Assembly (NCBI GenBank): GCA_024679065.1
Contig: JAGIQG010000007.1
Coordinates: 123,876,001 to 123,940,000 of the forward strand
DNA length: 64,000 nt
From: Sphyrna mokarran
Taxonomy: Eukaryota
Direction: 5' to 3'
Shown: piece by piece, positions 1 through 12,551 of the stretch
Layout: each line of letters starts with the position of its first letter
Position numbering within the stretch: the first letter of the stretch is position 1
Notes under the pieces: generated by a model
The model's input: only the letters and a program-made list of their open reading frames with translations
Told to the model about the DNA's origin: nothing
Database searches by the model: none
Made by a program: the position numbers and the translations under genes

Positions 1-1152
1 AGATGGATATTCTGAAGATGAAGACGGACTGCCGAAGAAAGAAGATGGATCTTTAGGAACATTCTGAGGGCGGAAGATGGATTTCCACATTGACATTGAA
101 TCTAGATGATCTCCCTGTAGATCTTCCCCTTACTCACTGCTGTGGTGTTCTAGAATCCAGCATTTCTGGCAGCCCTCATTCCAAACTGTGGAGTCTGTGC
201 CATGCATGGTTCAGATGAGTACTGACATCTGCATGCCACATTGTTCCAGACGTGTATTTTTTACCAGTGAGTTTTCCTGCTGGCGATGTGGAGAATTGAG
301 CTTTGGAAGATTCTGGTTGGGTTCAATTTCATGGAATTGGAATCAATTTCATGGGATCTCCAGTGTGTTTCCTGATCCTCCGTGGTGGGCACCAGCAGAA
401 GAATGGTTCTGTGGAATTTTGGGAATTGCATGCCGGCAGGAAACTAATTTTTGAATTCCCACCAAATTCGACCCCATTCCCAACCCACAATTAAGTGAAT
501 TCTGGCCAGGGGCTCTGAATCTTTTTGGATCACCATTTCATTCATAGCTCCAGTCATTTTTAAAATTTGATTGATTTGTACCTTAATTGCTTATTGAACT
601 TGCCGCACAAAATTGTGTCTGGTAATTAATAGAGCAAGTATTTGATCATTTTTTAATCCATTGTTAATCCATCGCTTAGCACAGAAATCGAATAATTGAA
701 GTGATGGAATCGCATTGCTTTCGCTCATAAACAGTTTATAAGATGTGTTAAAATGCTTACTTGCCCATTTTATGATTTTTTTAGTTGGAGAAAACAGAAT
801 AGACAAACAATGATGAAAAACAACATGTAAAACAGTGTTTAAGAGAAGAAAGATAACACAAGTAGGACTTCACAGAAGAATTAAGACATAAGGGAACAAC
901 TTAAGTTTAAAAAAACGTATACATGAAGTGGAGGAATATATGATCAGAGAGAATATAAAAAGACTAATAAATAAATTGAAACTAAAGGAAGACAAAGAGG
1001 AACTATAAAATTAAATTAGCAAAGAATAGCCAATGAAATAGTAAATTATTTTGCAGAGACATCAGTAAAAGAGGAAGGCTGTGATGGGATAAGAGCATCG
1101 AGGGACAGATAGGATAAAGCCACAGATAACAATGTAGGAATGGCTGAGATAT

Positions 1153-1361
1153 TGGGCAGGATTTTTTTCCTCTCTACAGCGTGTCTCGCTGCGGCGGGAG
1201 GCAGCTTGCCCCTCGCTTGTGGTGGGGTCGTATGTCCCCGCTGTTGTAATCAGAGTTTCCCATCATACGTACCCCTTCCATCGGGAATCTTGTGGTGGCA
1301 GGGATGTGCCGTCAGTGGGAATGTATCTGGCTGGTGTGAACGATAGCAATATTTCAGCGAT
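1153..1361. mobile_element. GC-rich MITE (GGGC/GG..GATTTT-terminal family) inserted in CR1
   Basis: Starts gggcaggattttt; abrupt GC/CpG rise inside an AT-rich CR1; similar to 2284-2469 and 12552-12731. Confidence 0.6.
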
Positions 1362-2283
1362 TAAATAATGACATTGCTTTGTCGTTCAGCAGGGAGGAAG
1401 AACGAATGGGGAGGTGGGTAATGGGATAACTTAAAATTAAAATGGTAGTGTATTTGATGCAGCAAATAAACTAATTAAGGACAAAACTTTGGCTCCAGAT
1501 CGATTGTCTGTAATTTCAAAGAATCTAACAAAGATAATTAACAGAGGCCTTAATATTCATATTTAATATTTCACAGCTAAAAAGTGTCATGTCAGAAGAC
1601 TGATGGGAGTCAATGTAATTCCTATATTTAAGAAATGGATTGAACAGATGCAGGGAATTATGGACCAGTCAGCTTAGCATCAGTGGTCGGAAAACTAAAG
1701 GAATCCTTATGAAAGGGGAGACTCAAAGAACACATAGAAATAAGAAATATAATACTGATTCATCAGCATGGATTTCAAAAAGGAAAACCTTGTTTGGCCA
1801 ACCTTTTTGATTTTGTTTAGGCAGTAACAGAGTGAGTAGCTAGTAGTAATGTGTAGATGTAACTTATCTGAAGGACATTGATATGATGAATCATAATAGA
1901 CTAATGAATAAAGTTAGAGAATATAGAGGCAGGAGAAGTGGTGGGATAAAAGCAGACAGTGGGAGTAAAGAATAATTATTCAGAGTGATAATTGTGGGAA
2001 GTGGTGTTCCACAGGATCAGTCCTGTGGAAAAACAGTTACTTTCGTTTACAACTAATGTCGACGGTTTGAACTTGGGAATCAAAGATGCAGTTTCTAAAT
2101 TTGCAGTTGTCAACAAAGTTTGGAGATAATCCATGCTGAGAAGGATTGCAATCAATTACAAGAGAATGTTAATAAACTTAAAGATTGGGCAAACTATTGC
2201 AAATGAAGTTCAACACAGGTGAAAATGAGGTAGCACATTTTGGTAGGGAGAATAGGGAGGTCATGTATTACTTGGAAAATGTT

Positions 2284-2469
2284 GGGGGAGATTCTCCGAC
2301 CTTGCAGCCACATGTTTCCCATTGGTGGGAGGAGGTGTGCTTTTGGTTGCAGCAGGATTCTCCAGTCCCGTTGATGTTACCCTACACCAGCGTGATACCC
2401 ATGGGTGGGGTGTGCTGCCAGCAGGACTGGAGGATCCCACCAGCATGAATGGACAGTGAATTCCAGCCA
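2284..2469. mobile_element. GC-rich MITE inserted in CR1
   Basis: Termini gggggagattctcc ... gtgaattccagcc; internal inverted pair ggattctccagtcc / ggactggaggatcc. Confidence 0.65.
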
Positions 2470-2659
2470 TTAAGTCTTGGTGCAGCAGAGGAACAAGTAA
2501 ACCAATACTAAAGGTTATACCAGAGGTGACAAGAACACAAATAAAGTACACCAAGGGTTGAGCTTTAATTCTAGAGGAATAAAATTGAACATTGGAGATG
2601 TTAAACTAAAGCTATATCAAACCTTGGTTGTATCACACTTTGCATATTTAGATATGCAT

Positions 2660-3152
2660 TGTAAGAAAGATGTGGAGGCACTGGAAAGGGTACAGAGGAG
2701 GTTTACCAGGATGTTGCCTGATATGGTGGGAAGCTCTTACGAGGGAAGGTTGAGGGACTTGACGTTATTTTCATTAGAGAGAAGAAGGTTAAGAGGTGAT
2801 CTAATTGATGCATGCACGATGATCAGAGAGTTAGATAGCGTGGACAGTGAGAGCCTTTTTCCTCAGATGGTGATGGCTAACATGAGGGGACATAGCTTTA
2901 AATTAAGGGGTGGTAGTTATAGGACGGATGTCAGTGGTAGGTTCTTTACTCAGAGGGTAGTAAGGGGCATTGAATGCCCTACCTGCAGCAGTTGTGGACT
3001 CACCAACTTTAAGGGAGTTCAAATGGTCAGTGGATAGGCATATGGATAACATTGGAATAGTTTAGGTGAGAGGGTCATTAGATTGTTCCACTGGTCGGCG
3101 CAACATCGAGGGCCGAAGGGCCTGCACTGCACTGTAATGTTCTATGTTCTAT
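2660..3152 (+). mobile_element. Younger CR1 LINE 3' end
   Basis: ORF 2558-3037 contains KDVEALERVQRRFTRMLP...LFSLERRRLRGDLI...RGHSFKL...FFTQRVV (CR1 C-terminus); ends in CR1 tail gggccgaagggcct...tgttctatgttctat. Confidence 0.92.
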
Positions 3153-3460
3153 AAAGGATATAGAGGCACAAGAGAAAGTGCAGGAAGGTTAAGAGCAGAT
3201 GTATTTCAATTTAATGTGACTGGCAAAAGAAGCAACACAGGAATGAGCGAAAGGTTTTCTATGCAGCACTTGGGATCTGGAACGCTCTGTTTGTGCATGT
3301 GATATAGGCAGAGCTAATCAGTGTTGAAAGAAATCTGGATAATTAATCTGACATTAAAACATTTGCAGGGCTAGAGGGAGAAAGAGAGGAGTATAACTCA
3401 GTAAGTTACTCTTGGAAAGAACAGCACAGACACAATGGACGAAATGGCCTCTGTTTGTTC
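3153..3460 (+). mobile_element. Resumed older CR1 3' remnant
   Basis: aaaggatatagaggcacaagagaaagtgcag (KDIEAxEKVQ), then degenerate 3' UTR ending acaatggacgaaatggcctct. Confidence 0.6.
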
Positions 3461-3541
3461 GTAAACATTGATTTTTAAATAAAATTACTGCTAGTTTGCC
3501 AAGATAATGATGCAGGAAAATTCTATGTTCAAAGTGAGTGA

Positions 3542-3914
3542 ATTTTTTTTATTTGTTCAAGGGATGTTGGCCTCGCTAGCTGGGGCAACGTTTATTAACT
3601 ATCCCTAATTACCCTTGAACTAAGTGGCTCACAAGGTCATTTCAAATGGCATTTAAAGAGCCCATTGCTGTTGGTCTGGAGTCACATGAAGGCCAGCCCA
3701 GGTAAAGGTAACAGGTTTCATTCCTGAATCAAATGTCTTTATTCCCAACAATCAACAATGATTTCATGATCATCATTAGACTTGTAATTCTGTATTTTTA
3801 TTGAATTCAAATTTCACCTTCTGCTGTGGTGGGATTTAAACCTGGTTCCCAAAAGCATTACTCTGGGTCTGGATTACTAGTCCAGTGACAATACCACTAC
3901 GTCACCGTCTCCCC
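3542..3914 (-). mobile_element. tRNA-derived SINE (family B here), near full length
   Basis: Reverse strand: gtgacgtagtggtattgtcactggactagtaatccaga (A-box-like), ggtttaaatccc (B-box-like), body and tail shared with copies at 8540, 34890, 45497, 48370. Confidence 0.8.
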
Positions 3915-4544
3915 AGGCTACGCCATACCACTTCCCTGTCTGAGGTTGACATATTTTGCAGTTGTTTAACATCAAAAAAAAAAGTTGCAACAGATTTTGA
4001 TTTCTCATCTTGTAGCTCTCAGTATGCTTCCAATGTTTAATAAATAGTAAGTATTTTAAGCAAAGTCTGTCAAAAAGAATTGTAATAGGTCTAAGACCCT
4101 CATGTATTTTATATCCACATAGCTACTTTTTAAATCTTAAATGTGGACAATGACTTTTCAAAATGACTGAAGCTGTGTCAACCTATGACAATTAACAGAA
4201 ATTAGATCACACCAAAACTGAAAATATTGGAAAATATCTATCGCTTACAAAGGGAAAAAATGTTAATAGATCGGTGATGAGAAATCAGGGCTGTTTAAAA
4301 ATAAACTCCCTTCAGTCTATAAAATAATATATATTAATAAACAAGTACAAAATATGCTAATTTACTCTAATGGACAATATTATTTTACTGAACTATAAAA
4401 AATAAATTGAAGTTAATGTTGCAAGCTATATTCAAGTTCCTTTTTGCCTTATTTCCCACCCTTTATTGTGTGTTTTTCCTTGTCTTTTACATTGAATTAC
4501 ATAGGAAACATAGGACTGATGGGTCATTCAATCCAACCTTGTCC

Positions 4545-4677
4545 ATGGCTGGAATTCTCAAACCTTGCCTATGGCTGGAATTTTCCACTGCAGTGAACGA
4601 GGATTCAGCTGAACTCCAAATTCTCCACTCTTGCTGGTCGTGGTAGCACAGTGTATGACATTGGAGAATCCCAGCCC
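4545..4677. mobile_element. Short MITE
   Basis: ggctggaattctc ... ggagaatcccagccc inverted ends; body similar to 52563-52694. Confidence 0.65.
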
Positions 4678-4689
4678 ATGTGTTTATAT

Positions 4690-6600
4690 TCCACTAGAAT
4701 TTCTTCCCAACCTTCCTCAGCTAATTCTGTCAGCAAAACCTGGTGTTGCCTCCTCCCTCATATACTCACCTAGCTTCCCCTTAAACATTGCTTATTAGAT
4801 GCACTTCAACCACTGCATATAGCAGTGAATTTCACATCCTCACCACTCTCTGGTTAAAGGCATTTCATCTGCATTTAGTTTTTTGGATAATTTAATATTA
4901 ATAGCCTTTAATTTTGTCTTTTTCCATATGTGCAAATGCTCTCTTAACATCTATTCCATCAAAACATTGCATACTTTTAGATACCCTCTTTGATCATCTC
5001 TCAGACTTGTCTTTTGAAGAGGAAGAAAAGAACCATCTTGTTCAACCTTCCCTGAAGTATGCAACCTCACATTTCTGATATCATCCTCCTAAATTTTCTT
5101 TTATTTTTTTCTAATGCCTTTATATTCTTTCTACAATATGGTGACCAAACTGTATAGTCAAGTCTGGTCTAACTAAGGTTCAATAAAAGTTTAACATAGC
5201 TTTTTTTCAAATTTTCCAGTCGATGCATTTAAAAATAAACTCTGGTTCTCATTTTTCTTTTCATCGACTTATTAACCTGAGCCACCACTGTTCATGATTT
5301 GTTTATTTGTCGTCTGAAATTCCTTTTCACTACTGCTCTAGTTAGATCCTCATTTTCCAAGTCATATGTGACCTTATTAATGTTCTTCGTAAATTGCAAT
5401 GCCTTTATCTGCGTTGAAATTCATTTGGCAATTCGGTAACTATTCTCCAACATGCCAAATGTCTTCTTGCAATTATTACAATTCTTTTTAATGTTGATGA
5501 CCTCCTCCCAATTTTTTAAAGTGAAGTTTATTTATTAGTGTGACAAGTAGGTTTGCATTCACACTGCAATGAAGTTAGCGTGAAAATCCCCTAATTTTCA
5601 CACTAGCACCTGTTCAGGCACACTGAGGGAGAATTTAGCATGGTCAGTGCATCTAACCAACATGTCTTTTGGATTGTGGGAGGAAACCAGAGCACCTAAA
5701 GGAAACCCATGCCGACACAGGGGGAATATGCAAACTCCAACAGATAGTGACCCAAGCTGGGAATCAAACTTGTGTCTTTGGCACTGTGAGACAGCAATGC
5801 TAACTGCTGTGTCACTGTCTACCTTAATCTGATGTCATCTGCAAATTTAATAGTTGTGTTCCTGATTACAAACTCCAAATTATATATAGAAATTGTGAGA
5901 AAGAGTGATCACAGCACTGATCCTACTGGGACTTTTCATCTTCTGCCACTCAAAGGCTATCCTTCACTCCATATTTTTGTCCATTTCCAGATAGCTGTTC
6001 ATTTAGCGCTTGACAGTTTCAAATAGCTGCTTGAGCTCTGAGACGCCGTGGTCTGTGCTGATTCGTTAATCTGTCATCAAGCACCATTTGGTCTTATGAA
6101 AATCTAGATAAATTAATCTATTCCGTTACTCTCTCTTTTCAAAGAGTTTAGTGAGGTTGGTCAAAACAGACCTTCCCTTTTGAAGTTCATACTGGCTATT
6201 TATTATTACATGTTTGGGCTCTAAGTGTTTTTTCTCTTTCTCTTGTAGTAGTGATTCAATTTTTTTTCCTATTGCTGATGTTAAAGGCTAAGGTTTCTTG
6301 GAAGTAATCTTTTAAATATAGGTATAATATTAGAGATCTGCCAGTTCTCTGACAATAGACTTTTCCTAACAAATGATTAAATATGTGCATCGCTGCCTCT
6401 TGCTATCTCTTTGCTAGATTCTTAATAACATGCAGAGATGCAATTCATCCCAGCCAGTAGTTTTATCCTTTTTGAGTTTGATTGCTTTATTTAATATTTC
6501 TGCTCTTTATTTCAAATGCAGTTATGCAATTTCTGACCTCCCATCATGTCCACTTGAACCATCTCTGCAGTGATGTTTAAGTAATCAGTTAGTATTTTTG
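4690..6600 (-). mobile_element. Old CR1 LINE ORF2/3' remnant, interrupted by an HE1 SINE
   Basis: Antisense CR1 signatures: ttcacatcctcaccactctctgg, gatgtcatctgcaaattt (KFADD, ~5831), tcaaaacagaccttcccttttgaagttcatactggct (SQxxFxKGRSC region). Confidence 0.75.
5515..5818 (-). mobile_element. HE1-like V-SINE, tail type B
   Basis: ttggattgtgggaggaaaccagagcacc...gcaaactcc...gacccaagctgggaatcaaac...tgctaac; tail (reverse) ttcattgcagtgtgaatgcaaacctacttgtcacactaataaataaac. Confidence 0.85.
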
Positions 6601-7097
6601 CCATTTCATAGCTGTGTCTGGTTTTATCCTGTCCATTTCCCTGTGGCTCTATTCCTGACCCTACTTCCTGTTTTTAAGCTTTATTTTCCTGCAGAATATT
6701 TCACTATTTTGTTTGATGCTTGGCAGGTGAATTTGCCTTGCTTTATTTTCTCACCTAATCTCATTTCACCATCTCGTCCCATGCTCTCCTCTGCTGCTCA
6801 TGAGTTGAATTTTATCATCCATGCAGAGACCTTTGGAGAGGTTATGGTGGGGTGGGGAAAACATTTCTGAAATGCTTGTGCTAAAGTGGTTTAATGACAT
6901 GCTCCCATCTCCAAGGGTTTCTGTGGAGGCAGAGTCTGGACATCCAACCAGATGCCAGCTGCAGCTAACAAATCAGTGGTAGTTAAGTGGCCATTTGCTG
7001 ACAATACTGAGCCCACTGGGATCTTTCAAAAGGAAGGCAGGCCCTTTGCTGAGGCTGAAGCCCAGTGGATAGCTGGAGGGAGCCCCCTGGTAGTAGC

Positions 7098-7343
7098 TGT
7101 AACAAGTCTTCAGAGGCAGAAGTTCCTTTAACAAAATCCCTTTATTTACAAATTCCAACCACTGTACACAGACTATCAGTCAGCAGTCGAGAGAAACTGA
7201 CACTCCCAATTAAATACAAGGGAATGAATCCCTGATTGGCCTATCAACTGATTCCTTAACCAGGGACATTGTTTGGTGACTCCTTAATCAGGGAATTCAC
7301 ACTCCAATAGACCAACCTCAATGGCGTAATTAAAGTCACTGCA
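7098..7343 (-). mobile_element. Possible degenerate solo LTR
   Basis: Starts tgtaac, ends cactgca; antisense poly(A) signal tttatt; internal inverted pair ccctgatt / aatcaggg. Confidence 0.35.
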
Positions 7344-7499
7344 ATAACCAGAGAAGAGAGAGGTCTTTTTTAATCCAGTTCACCCACGCCACTTAAAACT
7401 CCCCTTCCCAACAATCGCACCACCCTTACCCCACAACCAACAGTGTGCTAAAGGGCCACATTTACAGCTGCAGGCTCCCCTTCTTCCATGGTAGCCTGG

Positions 7500-7640
7500 T
7501 GCAAAAGTAAAATACTGCAGATGCTGACACTCTGAATTGGAAACAGAAAATGCTGAGCAACTCAAGCAGTGGAGAGGGTTACAGAGGAGAGAATTAATTG
7601 CTTAAAGGTTGGTTGATGATGGCTTGGCATCTGTGGCCGC
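7500..7640 (-). mobile_element. Penelope-like element terminal fragment
   Basis: aaatactgcagatgctg...aaacagaaaatgctg...ggcatctgtgg is the reverse complement of the Penelope ends seen at ~17850 and ~46950. Confidence 0.5.
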
Positions 7641-8160
7641 AGTTTATTTTTGAACACTATTGAAGTCTTCAGTGGGTGCCTCCATCTTCAGGCACACTCA
7701 CAGTCCCCCATCTACATCTGCTGGCACTGAGAGAAACGGGGCTCTCCGCCTTGCTGTTCTCAATTGGATGGAGCTCCCAGAGATGGTTGATAAATTTACC
7801 ATCCTCAAGAAGATTGTTCAGGCCTCAAAGTATCCAGATTGGGATTCAGAAATGTTCCAAGCCCACCTTTAAAAGCAAAAGAGACAAGGTTCCCCTGCCT
7901 GTGCTCAACGAGTGCTATGTTCTTCACCGTCACTGTTTCCTTTATTCCCTTATTCATCCATGGTTTCTCAATAGTTCACTCTTGATTTTATTGGAATATA
8001 TAATTTCCTGGACTCTATTGGCCAAGTTAAATGCTATTAATCTGTTTTACATCATTCTTTGTCAAGACTGATTTTGATTTTATAGTTAGCCTTTCAAAAA
8101 TCAATATTTTTTTTCAATATTTGGCTCTTTTCTTTATCATGCTTATATCCTTCTCAGTTA

Positions 8161-8289
8161 TTGGCCAGAACCCTACCACCTCACCGTTCATAGGAAACGG
8201 CATGGACGAGGGCCCGACAATGGAAATCTCCATTGACCTCAGGCGGGAATTTCCAGTCTCTCTGGAGCAAAGCTGTAAAATCTTGCCCA
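8161..8289. mobile_element. Short MITE
   Basis: ttggccagaa ... gtaaaatcttgccc; internal ccattgacctcaggcgggaatttcc, also seen at ~36150 and ~63260. Confidence 0.55.
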
Positions 8290-8539
8290 ATGTCTCAAAT
8301 TATATTTGCTCACTATTGTCTAGATGTTCCCCTCTTGTTTTTCATTTACCTACTCTGGTTGATTGTCCATTACTAGGTCCAGTGGTGAATCACCCTTTGC
8401 TTGTTTATATATTGGGTTAGAAAGATGTCTTCTACATTTTGCGTAAATGCCTTCCCTTTGTCCCCTTTACCCACCTACCTTCTGATAATTCATTTTGGGG
8501 CAGTTAAAATCCCCATGAACAATTATCCTTTTGTTTCCC

Positions 8540-8702
8540 CAAAGGAAATCTGCCGTCTTTACCTGGTCTTGCCTATATGTCACTCCAGAGCCACAGCAAT
8601 GTGATGAACTCCCGACTGACCTCTGAAGAAGGGTAGCAAGGGAAGGGCAATAAATGCTGGACAGCCAGAGACACTGATATCCCATGAATGAATAAAAATA
8701 AA
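8540..8702 (+). mobile_element. Family B SINE, 3' half
   Basis: ggaaatctgccgtctttacctggtc...gggcaataaatgctggacagccag...atcccatgaatgaataaaaa. Confidence 0.75.
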
Positions 8703-9519
8703 TTGTCTACACATGTCTTTCTCCAGCTCCTTTCCATTACTGGGTGGACCATTCCCATTTGTGTGATTGATCATTGATTCTTTCTTCTCTCTACCAGCTT
8801 GTATTATGTTTCTGTCCTGTTGGTGGTTGAGTCTCTTTGTGCTCTTACCATTTTATTATCTCTGATAATTACAGTTATATCACCTGTACTTTTCTTCTCA
8901 ATATTTTCTGAATATGCTGTGCCTTGCAATGTTACATTGGGTTTTCAAATATCTCCTGATGATTTGAGATCCTGTCTGATTGTTGGTCCACTTTTGCCCA
9001 GATGTTCAGACAATGCCTGACTTCTTGATCCTGTAGCAGTTTAATTCAATTTTACAACATGCTTCGCTAAAACATTTAGCTCATTCTTCATTCATGTGTC
9101 TCACATGTCATTGGTATTTTGCATGAAATTTTTCTTTGTGATCATCAGTAAAGGCAAAATCTAACTCATTACCAAAAGTTAAATTTCCTCTTATATTGAT
9201 TAATGATTGCATTCATCTTTCTATTACTGAGCTCAGCCACAGTTAGGGATAAAAATACCAGATTCAAAAGCAGTACCTTACATGCTGCTCTTAGTTATTA
9301 ACAAAACTGTCATAGTGCCTAAGGAGGATTATATTCTTTCAGGATTACTTTAACTTTGTGTGACAGTATAAAATAGGAAAGTTCAATTCATCCCTCTATT
9401 ACACATCATTACCGAGTAACTGGCAACTGCACTTATATTATCCAAAATCATCACTACCCACTTTGTATCAATTGATGTTAATTCTGTTTTATTATATATT
9501 TAGGCCTCGTAAGTTCAGT

Positions 9520-9652
9520 GTCAGCTGTAGCTCAATTGGTAATGCTGTCACCTTGGAGCTCCGGGCTCAATTGCCACTCCAAGACTTGAGTATGAAAGAA
9601 ATTAAGGCTGACGCTCCAGTGCAATGGTGAGGGGTTGCTGCATTGTTGGAGA
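9520..9652 (+). mobile_element. SacSINE1-like Deu-SINE, 5' fragment
   Basis: gtagctcaattggtaatg...ccactccaagacttgag...aggctgacgctccagtgcaatggtgagggg. Confidence 0.6.
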
Positions 9653-9861
9653 CATTAGGCAGGATCTTTTTGAGCCAACCATGAGAATGCTGGTGTAGGT
9701 TCAAGATGCATGAAACCCGGAAGTTTCAGATCTCACTGGTGAGATCACAACTTATGATTTTCCTTGTCCCTCATTGGAAATGTGATCAGGTTCATACCAA
9801 AAATCAGCATGAACAAGTGACCAAATCCAATTGCCTTCTGCTCAATGCACCATAGTGTGGT

Positions 9862-10268
9862 ATCAGCTGTGGTTTTTAATGGGTAGCATTCTCACATTGG
9901 AGTCAGAAGGCTTGTAGGTTCAAGGTACACTCCTGAGGTTTGATCATAATACCTAGGCTGACATTCCCAGTGGAATTCTGCAGTATTAGAAGTGCTATAT
10001 TTAGATGAGATCTTGAACTGAGGTCCTGCCTCTCAGGGAAAGCTGGAATCCCACAAGGCTACTTTGAAGAAGGGAAAAAAAAAATTCCAAGATGTCCTGG
10101 AAAATATTTATCCATCAAACAACATCACTCGAGTATCTGGTCATTATCATACTGCTGTATGTTGCTATATGCGGATTGACTGCTACCTCCAATGTTACAA
10201 CATGACTACACATGCAAAATACTTTACTGACAGTGAAATACTTTGGAATATCCTGGCAATGTGAAAGT
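9862..10268 (+). mobile_element. SacSINE1-like Deu-SINE, near full length
   Basis: tRNA-like head (ggtagcattctc...gagtcagaagg...ggttcaag), Deu-domain-like gatgagatcttgaactgaggtcc...gtcctggaaaatatttatccatcaaacaacatcact...tatctggtcattatc. Confidence 0.75.
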
Positions 10269-10365
10269 TGTTGAACAAAGGAAGGCTTTTTCACTCTTTT
10301 TCTTTTCTCGACTAGGAAAGATCTATCAAACTGGGGGGATTGTTGTTGGTGCAGGCTCAATGGGA

Positions 10366-10710
10366 AGGTGGCAAGGTGACACAGTGGTTAGCACTGCTGC
10401 CCCAAAATTCCAGGCACCTGGGTTCAACTCCCAGGCTTGCATCACTGGCTGTGTGGAATTTGCACATTCTCCCCATGCCTATGTGGGTTTCCTCCAGGTG
10501 TTCTGGTTTCTTCCCACCATCCGAAGATGTGCATGTTACGTGCATTGGCCATGTTAAATTGCCCCTAAGTGTCCCAGGATGCATAGGTTAGAGGGATTAG
10601 CAGAGTAAATATGTGGGGTTACGGAGATAGAGCCGAGGTGGGATGGTTGACAGTGCAGACTCAGTAGGCCGAATGGCCTCTCTCTACTTCCAGGCTTCGA
10701 TGATTCAATG
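10366..10710 (+). mobile_element. HE1 V-SINE, CR1-type tail (type A)
   Basis: acagtggttagcactgctgcc...gggttcaactccc...gtggaatttgcacattctcccc...ggccatgttaaattgcccc...ggccgaatggcctc. Confidence 0.9.
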
Positions 10711-10797
10711 AACTCAAGTTTCAACTTATTCAGCGTTCACTGACTCGAGAGGGATTTCCAATGTCTTTGCTGAATCACAAGAGGCAATTTAGTCAGA

Positions 10798-10824
10798 GGG
10801 TGGGGCTGAGGGACGGGGAAGGGG
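10798..10824 (+). other. Potential G-quadruplex (five G-tracts)
   Basis: GGG t GGGG ctga GGG ac GGGG aa GGGG. Confidence 0.5.
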
Positions 10825-11940
10825 CAGCATTGTTACCCACATTCATCGTATTTTTGATGTTGTGTAATGTTCTTTAATAATCACTTAAGAATCTCAAATT
10901 TATTCTCATGAATCCTCAATTCCACCAGTTCGTGTTGAACTATGCCTCTGCCATGTTGTCCCTTATTTGGTAAAAGAACATGAAAATATTTTTCCCACTA
11001 TAGCTTCAATTGGCTGGAAAGTGACAAGTTGTTTCAAGTCAGTATTATGAATGCTTTTGCAGATTTTATATTAATGAAATACCTTTTGTTCTTGAGGAAT
11101 AAACAATGAACCACAATTATAACAGGAAGAGAAATAATCAATATAATAGATTATTCTATGTAAAAGAAATTATGTCATATTCTACTTGGCTCTTGTTCAT
11201 CTTTGCTGGTTTACTGTGTTAGTCTCCTGTGGCTTTGAATACCAACTGTGTAAAAGTAATTTAATTCTGAGTGAAGCACACTAGAATATACAATTATGAA
11301 AGGAGTGAGCCTCGGGAATCATTAGACTTCTAACTGAAGTATGTCTGGCTTCTTAATTTTAACGTTTTTCCTTCGTGCAGTAACAATGCTTATTCCCAAG
11401 TTGGTGATATTCACAATAATGTGACATTTAATTGGCCTCAAGTGTGTTTCATTTTGTCTGTGAGCAGACATTGAGGTTGGGAGTTTCCAGCCACATTCAC
11501 CCCAACACCAAAAAGTGCTGTCTGAGGGCAACAGACCATTGCATAGTCTGCCCACCCAACCCTCTCCACCGCACCAGCTATGATTCCCATTGTGGGTGAG
11601 ACAGAAAAAAAAAACCCTAAAAGTTTGACCTTCTTAATATCAACACAACATCGTAAAAATATGCAAATGTAGTTTAGAGAAAAATAAGTAATTACTCAGC
11701 AGAGTCTCGATATCCAGTAATTTGATGACTGTTCCATCTTTAGATGCTGAAGGTTGTCTTTCCTTTGTATTCCTATAGCAAATATATTGAACCTAATAGT
11801 TATAGCAAAGGCAAGTGGGGCATTCAATGCCCAGCCCTATTCAACTGAGTCAATTGCTAGGATATGTCAGTTAATAGTCAGCCTCTTTGCTAGCAGACTG
11901 GGTCAGAATGCCCAATTTCCTTCTGAAAGAGGGATTAGTG

Positions 11941-12434
11941 CAGTGGTGGACAACCTACAGCCTGGAGGTCACTTGCAGCCCATCAGGGTTCTGAGTGTGA
12001 CTCACAAGGCATTTTGTTGCTCATGCTCAGGGCCGCTACATTCCATTGGTTTCCATCTATGTGGCTTTTTTTCCTATCAGTATAGCTGAGGTGAGATGTG
12101 TGCAAAACAAGGGCAGCTGGTGTGATATGCACTTTGACTATACACAACCGTGAGAGCATTGCACTTCCCCCTGCATCCAATCAAGCACAAATACTTATTT
12201 TGTGTTTACCACTTGATGTTAAAGGCATTTCAATTAATATCTGAGTGAGCATTTTTTATAATTTATGATTGAGCATTTTCTCTAACTTATGAAATATTTA
12301 ATGTGTGTTCAATGTATTCAGTCTTATTCGAGACTCATGGTTAGTGAACAAGCCTGACTTCAATCTTGCGGTCCACTCTGATGAAGGAAGGTTACTAATG
12401 CACCCCACTGTCTAACCTTAGTTGCTTGTCACTG
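11941..12434. mobile_element. hAT (Charlie-like) non-autonomous DNA transposon
   Basis: Degenerate TIRs cagtggtggacaac ... gttgcttgtcactg; subterminal tgcagccc / tgcggtcc motifs typical of hAT MITEs; no clean 8-bp TSD. Confidence 0.55.
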
Positions 12435-12551
12435 CTTCACTGAATCTTGTAAATTTCTTTCATACTCACCATTATTAACTTTTTAAAAAAAAAATCCAGA
12501 TTTATTTAATCGTCGTGGTATTTGAACTCAAATCTCTGCATTATTAATCTA

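Larger units (their letters stand above)
740..2660 (+). mobile_element. Old CR1 LINE ORF2 (reverse transcriptase) remnant, frameshifted, interrupted by two MITEs
   Basis: Decayed CR1 RT motifs in order: NVIPIFKK (~1612), GNYxPVSL.SVVGKL (~1652-1696), HQHGFQKGKPCLANL (~1760-1805), SGVPQ (~2000), SKFA (~2094), W..LLQMKFN (~2186-2213). Confidence 0.85.
7860..9200 (-). mobile_element. Old CR1 LINE remnant including APE endonuclease region
   Basis: Minus-strand IIVHGDFNCP (APE GDFN motif) at ~8495-8526; flanking CR1-like composition. Confidence 0.6.

Noticed and set aside
1-70. Frame reading DGYSEDEDGLPKK resembles the ANTXR1 cytoplasmic motif (DDDGLPKKKW)
   Set aside because: Similarity stops after PKK, a stop follows within 9 codons, there is no splice donor, and the region is a degenerate gaagatgga repeat.
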